Shown piece by piece: positions 17,557 to 26,270 of a stretch of 64,000 bases of DNA. The position numbers were made by a program, and so were the translations under genes. A model generated the notes under the pieces. The model was not told the origin of the DNA and did no database searches. It saw nothing but the letters and a program-made list of their open reading frames with translations. Origin of the DNA: an uncultured delta proteobacterium (lineage in GTDB: Bacteria; Myxococcota_A; Polyangia; Polyangiales; Houyiibacteriaceae). Where the stretch lies: assembly GCA_963716775.1 (NCBI GenBank), contig CAVQUI010000008.1, forward strand, positions 974-64,973, given 5' to 3'. Position 1 is the first letter of the stretch. Each line of letters begins with the position of its first letter.

Positions 17557-19070
17557 GCCGTCACCGCCTCTCCTACCGAGGCCAAGCGGCTTCGGCTCTC
17601 GGGCTGAGGCACGACCCTCTCGAGCACTTTGGCAGAAGACAAGACGCCCGGAAGGCCAGCCCCAGGGTGGACGCCGGCACCGACGAAGTAGAGGCCCGCA
17701 ACGTCTTCGGATGCATTGTGAAAACGGAAGTAAGCCGATTGGCGCAAGGTGGGTTCCAGACCGAACGCCGCACCTTGGTATGAACGAAGCTCGTCCTCGA
17801 AGTAGGTCGGATCGACGTGGAACTGCGTGACGAGGTTGTCACGAAGCCCGGGAAGGTGATGCGCATCGAGGGCGTCCAGGATGCGGTCCATGTAGCGAGG
17901 GCCCTCGACTGCCCAGTCGAGACCGCTCTGTTGATTGGGAACGGGAGATAGAACGTAGAAACTCTCTCCACCCGGAGGCGCCAGGCTCGGATCGGTGCGC
18001 GTCGGGGCGTGAAGATAGAGAGAGAAGTCCTCGGCAAGCGTTTTGCGGTCGAAGACATCGGTCAAGAGCTCGCGGTACCTTGGGCCAAGGAGGATCGAGT
18101 GGTGCGCGAGGTCGGGATACGTTGTTTTCGTCCCGAAGTAACCGACGAAGAGGCTCATTGAATATCGTTTTCGAGCAACCGAAGCGTCGGAATGCTTTCG
18201 TCGCGCCGAGGCGTCGATCAGCTTCGTGTAGACCGTGGCCGGATCCGCATTCGAGACAATGATATCGGACTCGAGGAAGGTTCCGTCTTCCAGGAGGACG
18301 CCTTTGGCCCGACCGTTCAGGACCTCGATGCGCTCGACCGGTGCGTTGAGTCGAACGTCCACACCCACTTCGCCGAGCAGGCGGGTCAGCCCGCCAACGA
18401 TGGCCGTGGTTCCGCCCATTGCGAAGTGGATTCCCCACTTCCGCTCGAGCCAGTGGATCAGCAGGTAGATCGCAGGAGCTCGAAAAGGGTTTCCGCCGAT
18501 GAGCAATGGCTGGAACGTGAACACCTGCCGTAGAGCGTCGTCTTTGATGTAATGGGACACGAGGCCGTAGAGGCTCTTGTAGGCCCGCAGCCGCACCAGT
18601 TCCGGGACGATTCGCATCATATCCCCGAAGCGCGAGAAATCTGCGTCGACGAGCTGAGTGTATCCGACGTCGAAGATTCTCTTCGAGTGCTCGACGAGCT
18701 TCTTGTACCCCTCGACGTCGCTCGGGTTGAACTTGGCGATCTCCGCGAAGAGGCGCTCGTCGTCACCCACGTAGTCGAAATCCCGACCATCCGGGAACAC
18801 GACGCGGTAGAAGGGGTCGACAGGGACCAGGTCGAAGTAGTCTCGCCGGTCTTTGCCGAAGAGCTCGAACAGCTCGTCGAAAAGATGGGGGGCCGTGATC
18901 ACCGTCGGACCGGCATCGAAATGAAAGCCTTCGCTTTCGAATGCTCGAGCCCGGCCGCCAGCTTGGTTGCCAGCTTCAACCACGGTGACGCCATGGCCCA
19001 TGGCCCGCAGACGAGCCGCGGCAGCAAGACCTCCAAACCCTGCTCCAATCACGATTGCTTGCTTAGCCAT
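17553..19070 (-). CDS. crtI: Phytoene desaturase
   Basis: 'VIGAGFGGLA', 'FDAGPTVIT', 'LLIGGNPF', 'QSAYFRFHN', 'VGAGVHPGAGLPGVLSSA'. Confidence 0.95.
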   Translation of the reverse strand: MAKQAIVIGAGFGGLAAAARLRAMGHGVTVVEAGNQAGGRARAFESEGFHFDAGPTVITAPHLFDELFELFGKDRRDYFDLVPVDPFYRVVFPDGRDFDYVGDDERLFAEIAKFNPSDVEGYKKLVEHSKRIFDVGYTQLVDADFSRFGDMMRIVPELVRLRAYKSLYGLVSHYIKDDALRQVFTFQPLLIGGNPFRAPAIYLLIHWLERKWGIHFAMGGTTAIVGGLTRLLGEVGVDVRLNAPVERIEVLNGRAKGVLLEDGTFLESDIIVSNADPATVYTKLIDASARRKHSDASVARKRYSMSLFVGYFGTKTTYPDLAHHSILLGPRYRELLTDVFDRKTLAEDFSLYLHAPTRTDPSLAPPGGESFYVLSPVPNQQSGLDWAVEGPRYMDRILDALDAHHLPGLRDNLVTQFHVDPTYFEDELRSYQGAAFGLEPTLRQSAYFRFHNASEDVAGLYFVGAGVHPGAGLPGVLSSAKVLERVVPQPESRSRLASVGEAVTA

Positions 19071-20115
19071 GATATGCCCCTTTCACCTCGTCCAGCGGAG
19101 CGAGTACGCGCTCGATGAGCTCGCGCGCGACCGCTTCGAGACCGGCCGAGGTGCTCAGCGGCCCTGAGGCCGACAGCTCGGAAGCCAGCGCCTGAATCCG
19201 CTCGAGCAACTGCTGTGTAGCGCCACCTGCAATGAACCGCGCGATCAGTCGGTCCACCTCCTCGTGAGGGGTTCCCTCGCGCGGCCTGGCGAGGGTCTCG
19301 AAGACCTCTCCAGCGTCCTCTGGATGAAGATCGAGATGCGTCAAGACCACCGCAGTCAGCCGCCCCTGATAGATGTCGCTTCCGCGCGCACCGCGACCCT
19401 TGGCGTCAAACAGGTCGAGCAAGTCGTCCTGGAGCTGGTAAAGGACGCCGATCGAGTTGAAGGTCTGTGCCAAGTGGTTTGCCTGCTCGTTCTCGAGCCC
19501 GGCAATCTGCGCAGCGCCGCGGACCGGAAGCGCGAACAGCGTGCCGGTCTTGCCGGACACCGCGCCAAAATACTCGCCCCAGCCTTTGCTGGGCGATGCA
19601 GCCAACGCAAGCTCGCTAATCTGCCCGCGCGCGGTGCTCTCCGCATACTCTGCCAGAATCTGCACCAATGCGGCCTGCAACTCCGCTGGATAGGTGCGAA
19701 GCGCGCGGAACGGAAGCATCAGCAATAGGTCACCTGTATTGATTGCCTGGGCCGAGCCGTAGCGAGCCCATAATGCAGGCTTGCCGCGCCGCGTGCGATC
19801 TCCGTCCTGAATGTCGTCATGGACGAGCGACGCATTGTGGAGAAGCTCGACAGCGGCGGCCCAGTCGACGGCATCTTCGGCGCGACCTCCCAGAGCCTGA
19901 CAGGCCGCGATTGCGAGCCGAGCACGCAGTCGTTTGCCGCCAGAATCGAGATGCTCGTGGACCATCCGGGCCCCGGGGTCTCGAGCGCGGTCTCCAGCAA
20001 GGTCGACCATGCGGGACTCGACCAACGCGAGTAGATCCCCCTGGTCCAGGAGGGCGGACACCAAAGCTCTGGCGTGTTTGAATGCGGTCGTAGAAGTGGC
20101 AGTGGCTGCTTTCAT
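19063..20115 (-). CDS. crtE: Geranylgeranyl diphosphate synthase
   Basis: 'GGKRLR', FARM 'ELLHNASLVHDDIQD..RRG', 'GKTG', SARM 'YQLQDDLLD'. ATG 20115 overlaps the upstream stop. Confidence 0.92.
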   Translation of the reverse strand: MKAATATSTTAFKHARALVSALLDQGDLLALVESRMVDLAGDRARDPGARMVHEHLDSGGKRLRARLAIAACQALGGRAEDAVDWAAAVELLHNASLVHDDIQDGDRTRRGKPALWARYGSAQAINTGDLLLMLPFRALRTYPAELQAALVQILAEYAESTARGQISELALAASPSKGWGEYFGAVSGKTGTLFALPVRGAAQIAGLENEQANHLAQTFNSIGVLYQLQDDLLDLFDAKGRGARGSDIYQGRLTAVVLTHLDLHPEDAGEVFETLARPREGTPHEEVDRLIARFIAGGATQQLLERIQALASELSASGPLSTSAGLEAVARELIERVLAPLDEVKGAYHG

Positions 20116-21344
20116 GTCGTACCTGGTTGAAGAGCGGATCTCAGGAGTGGGGCTGCGCCGGCCGACAGTCCCGTTCGGAAGAGGTGCCAGCGAACAGACG
20201 CAGGCAAGCTGCGAAATATCTGCGTCATGGAGAAGCCGAGCGCGGAGGGGGACAGGTTGCCGGACAGAAAGCCGGACCACACGTCCCTTGGGAGTTGGAA
20301 GAACGCATCGAAGAACCGTGCGATCTCGGTCGCGCTCATACCGACGAGAGTCTCGAGACCAAAGCCGTAGAGCTCCCAGGCGGTTCGCTGTGGGCGCGGC
20401 CAGAGCGTGGCGTTCCCCGAGGCAATCGCGAGGGCGGCGTCACCCGATGCCAAACCGGCGAGAATCGACTCGGCGACGGGATCTGCCTGACGCAGAACAC
20501 GCGAAATCAAGTAGCCCGACGCGGGATGAACCATGGCTCCAGCCGCGCCGAAGGGCACCAGAGGCTGTCGAGGTTTCGGAAGGCCGAGGCCCATCGGGAT
20601 CGAACAGTGCTCTTCGCTCAGACGCTCACACTGTTCTAAGCCGAGCCGTCCTAAACGCGTGTCGAGGCGCGCACTGAGCACATCGAGACGCATGGCAGGG
20701 CGACGCGCGAGCGAGGTCTCCTCGATGAAGAGACGATCCTCGCCAAGTGGCAGCACGTAAAGAAAGGAAGGAGGGCCGGACGCGTGGCTCGACACCTCGC
20801 GGAAATCCATCAAGACCATTCGGTTTGGATCAAAGCCGTGATTCGGTGCGCGCAGCAGAAGTCCGAACGCCGTTTGAAAGGCGGGGGCGCGGCGATGCAC
20901 GCGTTGGATGAACCGGCTGCCTGCGCCGGACGCGTCGATGACGACTCGGACACGCTTCGTTGAGCCATCCTCGATATGAACTCGAGTCTCCCCCTGACGG
21001 TGATCCAACCTCGTCGCTCGATCCGAGGTGACATGCACGGACCCCGAGCGCAGCGTGTTCCAGAGGAAGCCTTGAAGTGCGCGCGTGTCGAGCTTGACGT
21101 AGGGCCGCTCGAGAACCTGACTCCGCCACGGCGTCACGACGCACGCTTCGGCCCAGACCTGCTCGATCAGGTCCTCCATCCCCTCGGGGAGCTCGTCAGC
21201 CCATAGGCAGTAGTTCGGCTTCCATGGCGACTCGGGCTCGGGGGCGATCAGCGCAACCGACGCGCCACGTCGGGCACAGGCGGCTGCTATGCACATTGCA
21301 GCCGGACCGCTTCCGAGAACTCCGATGTCGTGTAGATTGTCCAT
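20112..21344 (-). CDS. crtL: Lycopene cyclase, CrtL-type flavoprotein
   Basis: 'VLGSGPAA', 'NYCLWADE', 'VIDASG', 'FLYVLP...FIEETSLA', 'EEHCSIPMG', 'MVHPASGY'. Confidence 0.88.
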   Translation of the reverse strand: MDNLHDIGVLGSGPAAMCIAAACARRGASVALIAPEPESPWKPNYCLWADELPEGMEDLIEQVWAEACVVTPWRSQVLERPYVKLDTRALQGFLWNTLRSGSVHVTSDRATRLDHRQGETRVHIEDGSTKRVRVVIDASGAGSRFIQRVHRRAPAFQTAFGLLLRAPNHGFDPNRMVLMDFREVSSHASGPPSFLYVLPLGEDRLFIEETSLARRPAMRLDVLSARLDTRLGRLGLEQCERLSEEHCSIPMGLGLPKPRQPLVPFGAAGAMVHPASGYLISRVLRQADPVAESILAGLASGDAALAIASGNATLWPRPQRTAWELYGFGLETLVGMSATEIARFFDAFFQLPRDVWSGFLSGNLSPSALGFSMTQIFRSLPASVRWHLFRTGLSAGAAPLLRSALQPGTT

Positions 21345-21374
21345 GACGCGTTGACGAATGGAGCTTATGCGACC

Positions 21375-21413
21375 AAAACACAACCTTGACAAGACATGGA
21401 CAGTATTTAGACC
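21375..21413 (+). promoter_or_regulatory. CarA/CarH (LitR)-type operator: four hexamers at exact 11-bp spacing overlapping a TTGACA -35 box
   Basis: AAAACA (21375), TTGACA (21386), TGGACA (21397), TAGACC (21408), in the divergent crtL/crtU spacer. Confidence 0.7.
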
Positions 21414-21475
21414 AATGATTCACGAATGAAATTGAAAATTCTACGTATATCGAAGAGTGACGGGACCTTCACCAG

Positions 21476-23384
21476 ATGAATTGGTCCTGGTTGATTCTCG
21501 CGGCCATCTTGCTGGCGGCCTGGCTATTGGTGCGGCGGGGCAATTGGGCCCCGGCCCTCGGGGGGCTGATCGAGCGAAAGCTCGGAGGCTACCGGCAAGC
21601 GGCAAACGCGGTCGATCGCAGCTTGCCGCGCCTGCTCAGCGGTGAGGCCTCTCGCGTGGCCGTGCTCGGAGGCGGCCTGGCAGGAATCGGGGCCGCAGCG
21701 GCACTCGGCCAACGAGGGATTGCTGTCACGCTATTCGAACGCAATGCGTACCTCGGCGGGAAGATTGGCGCGTGGAAGGTCCCTGTGGGCGAGGGGGAAC
21801 AGACGATCGAGCACGGGTTTCATGCCTTCTTCCGGCAGTACTACAACCTCAACCGCTTTCTCGATCGTCTGGGCGTTCGCGACGGCTTCCGAGAGATCGA
21901 AGACTACCTAATACTCGATGGCGACCGGCGTCCGCTGAGCTTTGGAGATGTCGAGACAATCCCTGCGCTCAACATCATCGACCTCGGGAGGCGCGGATTT
22001 TTCCGGTGGCGCGATGTAATCAACAATCGCACGCGTAAGCCGGCTCGATGCCTTCGTTCGGTTCGACATGAAGCAAGTCTATGAGGCATTCGATGAGACC
22101 TCATTTGAACGCTTCTGCGACGAAGCCGCGCTGCCCGCTGAGCTTCGTGTCTCGTTTCGCACGTTTGCGCGTGCATTCTTCTCGGACGAAGCAGATCTCT
22201 CTACCGCAGACGTGCTCCGCGCGTTTCACTTCTACTACCTCAGCCACGACCTCGGCCTGATGTACGACTACCCGGCAGGCGACTATGAAACGACGCTTCT
22301 AAGGCCAATTCGCGCAGATTTGGAGGCTAACGGTGTCGACATCCGACTGAGTAGTCCCGTTGACGGCATCGACCCTGGCGACCGAAAGCGCTTTCGGATC
22401 GCAGGCGAGGAGTACGATTGGGTCGTGATCGCAGCGGACATTCCAGGCATGCAGCAGATCCTCAAGGGCTCGGATTGGCTCAGGGAGGCGCGCCCTGATT
22501 TCGTGGCGGACATGCAGGCGCTGCGGACCTCACATGGGTACGCGGTCTGGCGCATCTGGGTGGACCGCGACGTTCGTCCAGGCTTGCCTACTTTCGTCAA
22601 TGTGGATCGCCGGCGGGTGCTCGACTCAGTCACTCTCTATCACCGCATCACCGACGAGGCGCGGGAGTGGGCCGAGGCTCATGGCGGCGCCGTCCTCGAG
22701 CTCCACAGTTACGCGCTGTCACGTGACGTCGATGGCGAGGCGGAGGTAAGACGCCTCTTTCTCGAAGAGCTCGAGTACTACTTCCCGGAGCTTGCGGGAT
22801 TGTCGATCAGCGCGGATGTCTTGCAGGTTCGTCATGACTTCCCAGCGTTTGCCCCTGGACAGCGCGCCTTACGACCCGAGCCGAAATTGCCCATCGAGGG
22901 ATTGCTCATGGCCGGCGATTGGGTCCGCCTGCCATACCCGATGACTCACATGGAGGCCGCGTTCACTTCGGGATTGTTATGCGCCAACGCGATCTTCGAC
23001 GCGCTTGGCCTTCAAGAGGAACCGATTTTCACGGTTGCGCCGAAGGGACTGCTACGACCGAAACGAGCCGCGCCGCTAGCGACTGAGCTCCGCTTCCACC
23101 TGCGCGAGGTCCGATTGTATCTGCGCCCCAGTCTCGTTGCGCAGCTTGGCCGCTCGTTCCGGGGAGCGACCTCATCTCTTTGGCGTGCCTCGAACCGCTC
23201 AACCCTTCACGAAGAACGCAGGCCATACGAATGGATCGAGGAAGGCGGTCTGCAGAGCAAAAAGCAGGAGCGCCACGATGGTCACCACCCCGACCGGTCC
23301 AGTCGGACGCGGACTGAGATTGAAGATGGACACGATCAGACCGATCGCGCCGACGCCTACGACGATCAGATCCGTTCGGATTAG
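21476..23384 (+). CDS. crtU: CrtU-type carotene desaturase/methyl-migrating aromatase (isorenieratene synthase-like). Frameshift near 22040; the true stop is probably near 23090.
   Basis: 'VAVLGGGLAGIGAA', 'HGFHAFFRQYYNL', 'FARAFFSD', 'FHFYYL', 'GGAVLELHSYAL', 'AGDWVRLPYPMTHMEAAFTSGLLCAN'. Confidence 0.8.
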
Positions 23385-23741
23385 AAACCAGAGCGCGCTA
23401 GAGGGATCATCGAGATACGCGAAAGTCAGAGGCATCCAAATGGCCGATGCAACGACCACGGCCGCGCAACAAGCGTTGATGACACCCAATCCGAACCGCT
23501 TCCCAACCTGGACCTCGGCGGCCTCGACTCGAAACAGGACGTAGTACATGAACACGAGGTAGCCCGCCGTTGCGAGCCACATCGTCACCCCGTAGACGCC
23601 CTGTAACGGCTCCGGCATGTCGCCCCAGAGCAGACCGCGCGTTTGTGGGTGCGTGATCAATCCGTGCGCGTAGCTACCGAGCACTGCGATGCCGCCCAGC
23701 ACGTTGATCGCAAGCCATTGTTTCTTTTGTGGGTGCATCAT
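23199..23741 (-). CDS. Hypothetical 5-TM membrane protein
   Basis: ATG 23741 overlaps the upstream stop; 'INVLGGIAVLGSY', 'SAIWMPLTF', 'QTAFLDPFVW'. Confidence 0.75.
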   Translation of the reverse strand: MMHPQKKQWLAINVLGGIAVLGSYAHGLITHPQTRGLLWGDMPEPLQGVYGVTMWLATAGYLVFMYYVLFRVEAAEVQVGKRFGLGVINACCAAVVVASAIWMPLTFAYLDDPSSALWFLIRTDLIVVGVGAIGLIVSIFNLSPRPTGPVGVVTIVALLLFALQTAFLDPFVWPAFFVKG

Positions 23742-24727
23742 CCTGCCTCTGCGTCCTTCACGAACGCGTCTACCCGCGACCATTGCTCGTAGAGCCAGAG
23801 AATCCGCTCTTGGTTGGTCGTGGGAATCTCTGACCGTCGCACGCGCCAGACTCTGCCGCGAACCCTCGAGCCGACTACGGATCCACTCAGGACGTCTTTG
23901 ACGTTTTGGAGCCCCTCGAGGCCTCGGTGCGCGACAATCGCGCAATCCACGTCTGGCAGGGCGTCGAGGAGAGTCAGCACGCCACCTGTGTGGGGGGGCA
24001 GGACATGAGTCAATGCCTCCGCCGCCAGGGCGAGCTCCGGGGACTGCTTCCGAACTCGCTTGCGTGCGCGCACGAGCTTCTCGGCGGAAAACCGAGTTCC
24101 CTCTGGGTAGATCAAAACGCCCTCATCGCCTAGGTCTTCGACGAGCGCCCGGATGCCTTCGAGCTCGCGCCCACGATCTCCGCTTCGGTCCACGAAGTAG
24201 TTGGGAAGCGCGTTGCCAACGATGTCGAGGCAGGGGTCGAACAACAACTCTTGCTTCAGTATGTAGCGCACACGCCACTGCGTGGGACGCTGGACGTAGA
24301 CGCTGGGGAGAAGCGTGTCGAGGATGCTGGCATGGCGCATGAGCACGATGGTAGGCCCCGGCAACGCAGCTTCTGGATCATCAATTCGAACGTCGAGGTT
24401 CAATAGCTTGCCGACTATGCTCAAGATCGCGCTGCTCCACCACTGCTGCAAACTGAATAGGCGAGCTTGGAGATCGTCGGGGCTTCCTCGCAGAAAAGCG
24501 AATGCGAGAGCTAGCCTAACTAGCGCGACCATCGCGATGCCGAAGAAGACCCATGCGAAGATCAGAAGGCGCAACGCGACGAACGAACGACGCCGAATGA
24601 CTCCGATGATCGCGCCTGCCGCGAGCCACAGCGGTGCTAGCAGAGTCAGCAGGACCCAGCTGGTCAGGTACAGGGAGATTGTGATCGCCCTACGACGGAC
24701 TGGCCGTTCCTTCTTCGGTTTAACCAT
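23738..24727 (-). CDS. PlsC/LPLAT-family acyltransferase
   Basis: HX4D 'RHASILD', 'YILKQEL', 'IYPEGTRF', two N-terminal TMs. Confidence 0.9.
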   Translation of the reverse strand: MVKPKKERPVRRRAITISLYLTSWVLLTLLAPLWLAAGAIIGVIRRRSFVALRLLIFAWVFFGIAMVALVRLALAFAFLRGSPDDLQARLFSLQQWWSSAILSIVGKLLNLDVRIDDPEAALPGPTIVLMRHASILDTLLPSVYVQRPTQWRVRYILKQELLFDPCLDIVGNALPNYFVDRSGDRGRELEGIRALVEDLGDEGVLIYPEGTRFSAEKLVRARKRVRKQSPELALAAEALTHVLPPHTGGVLTLLDALPDVDCAIVAHRGLEGLQNVKDVLSGSVVGSRVRGRVWRVRRSEIPTTNQERILWLYEQWSRVDAFVKDAEAG

Positions 24728-24736
24728 CTCGCGCGC

Positions 24737-25735
24737 TCATTTGTTCTCTGCGAGCGATTCGAGGGTGCCGGACCATCCGCTGTAGCGGCATAGCTCGGAC
24801 CACAGAGCCTCGCGCTCCTCGGAGGTTTCGCGGGTTCTTGCGAATCGATGGGTCGGGCGGGGTCTTCGATCGTGCCAGAATTTCCCCGTACATCGTGCCG
24901 CGTCGTCAGCCGCGCAGAGCCAGACGATGGTATCTGCGCCTTGCGCAGGGCTCCGCAGAAGCGGCTTTGTGATCTTGTAGAACCGTGGGAGGGATGTCGA
25001 GACCCCGGGCGTGTCCGCCCACCCGGGATGCATGGCGTGCACGACGATACCGCGCGGGGCGAGCGCTTCAGCCCACATTTCGGTCAGGATGACCTGGCCC
25101 CGCTTCGTGCGGGCGTAGGCCTTCGCCCCGTCATACGTTCCGCGCTTATTCTGAAGATCCTTCACCAAGATGCGCTGAGCGTACATTCCACCCGAAGACA
25201 CGTTGACGATACGCGCGGGCGCCGACGCGGCAAGCTTGGGCACCAGCAGGTTCGTAAGCAAGAACTGTCCCAGAAGGTTAGTCGCAAACGTGGTTTCGAT
25301 GCCCTCAGTCGTCTCGCTGCGAGTCGGCAGCAGGACCCCCGCGTTGTTGACGAGAATATGAATCGGAGTTTGCAGTCGACCGGCGAGCGCTCGCACGTCG
25401 GACATCACACTGAGGTCTGCGACTTCCACATGAACTGCGTCGTTTCCAGTCTGTTCGGCGATGGCCTTCGCAGCCTGTTGGGTTCTGCCCCTATCTCGAC
25501 CGACGATCCAAACGCTCGCGCCAAGATGCGCCAATGCCGTCGCGGTGTACTTGCCCAGGCCGGACGTGGCTCCCGTGACCAGGGCCGCGGTGCCACTGAG
25601 GTCAGTGTCGATGGTCGAGTGAGGCCGCCAACGGTAGCCAAGCGACGTATATCCGAGCAATGACTTGTCTAGAAACCGATCGATCACCCAGGGTATTTGG
25701 AACCAGTGACATGGATCCGCAACCGAGGAATCCAT
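24737..25735 (-). CDS. Short-chain dehydrogenase/reductase (DHRS12/retinol-dehydrogenase-like); start may be GTG 25687
   Basis: 'TGATSGLG', 'LVNNAG', 'VSSGG', YxxxK 'YARTK', 'MHPGWADTPG'. Confidence 0.9.
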   Translation of the reverse strand: MDSSVADPCHWFQIPWVIDRFLDKSLLGYTSLGYRWRPHSTIDTDLSGTAALVTGATSGLGKYTATALAHLGASVWIVGRDRGRTQQAAKAIAEQTGNDAVHVEVADLSVMSDVRALAGRLQTPIHILVNNAGVLLPTRSETTEGIETTFATNLLGQFLLTNLLVPKLAASAPARIVNVSSGGMYAQRILVKDLQNKRGTYDGAKAYARTKRGQVILTEMWAEALAPRGIVVHAMHPGWADTPGVSTSLPRFYKITKPLLRSPAQGADTIVWLCAADDAARCTGKFWHDRRPRPTHRFARTRETSEEREALWSELCRYSGWSGTLESLAENK

Positions 25736-25822
25736 GGGTCGTCGCGGATTTCAGTCCGCAAACGTGCGGCGTCCCCCTGGTGGCCCGAGCATCCGCGGTG
25801 TGCTGACCCAGCGCGTCACACG

Positions 25823-25835
25823 GTGTCCAGGACAC
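25823..25835. promoter_or_regulatory. Palindromic candidate operator GTGTCC-A-GGACAC
   Basis: Lies in a divergent intergenic region; same core as 12344-12354. Confidence 0.4.
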
Positions 25836-25988
25836 GGCAGATTGGACGTGCTCTCATCGACTAGCGCGCCGCCGCATCCGGGCGATGTGCCTCGGCGACC
25901 GCGACCCTCCTGGCTCCGTCAATCCTGCGCAATTCGGCCGACTTTGACGATGCCTTTTCGATCCGTGAGCCTGTGGGGAGGGGGAACT

Positions 25989-26210
25989 ATGGTGAACTTG
26001 ATTCGAATTTCTGTACTTGGGCTATTCGTTCTGGTGGCCGCCTGTGGTGGCGAACCAGGCGTCGACGATGTGTGCGGGTCCTGCCCAGAGGGGCTCGTGT
26101 TCGACAGCTGCAAGGAGGTGTACAACGCGTGCACCAGGGTCCCGACGCGGACCGCGAGAAACCTTTGCTTCGATCAACTCGGCTCGCCCTGCGACGAGGT
26201 CACCGAATAG
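25989..26210 (+). CDS. Small Cys-rich lipoprotein (73 aa)
   Basis: Purine-rich RBS, lipobox 'LVAAC', six further Cys. Confidence 0.75.
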   Translation: MVNLIRISVLGLFVLVAACGGEPGVDDVCGSCPEGLVFDSCKEVYNACTRVPTRTARNLCFDQLGSPCDEVTE

Positions 26211-26270
26211 ACCAAACTAGAACGGGCTTCCGGTTGCGCTCACACTTGCGGTGACGCGTCTCAATTTCTT

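Noticed and set aside
23090-23384. C-terminal extension of CrtU overlapping the opposite-strand gene
   Set aside because: Family-like sequence ends at 'EPIFTVAPKGLL'; the run-on most likely comes from an indel that removed the stop.
10764-26210. Phototrophy genes (rhodopsin, blh, bch/puf) or a carH/carA gene beside the crt cluster
   Set aside because: No 7-TM protein with a retinal-binding Lys motif, no chlorophyll genes and no MerR-B12 protein recognisable in this window.
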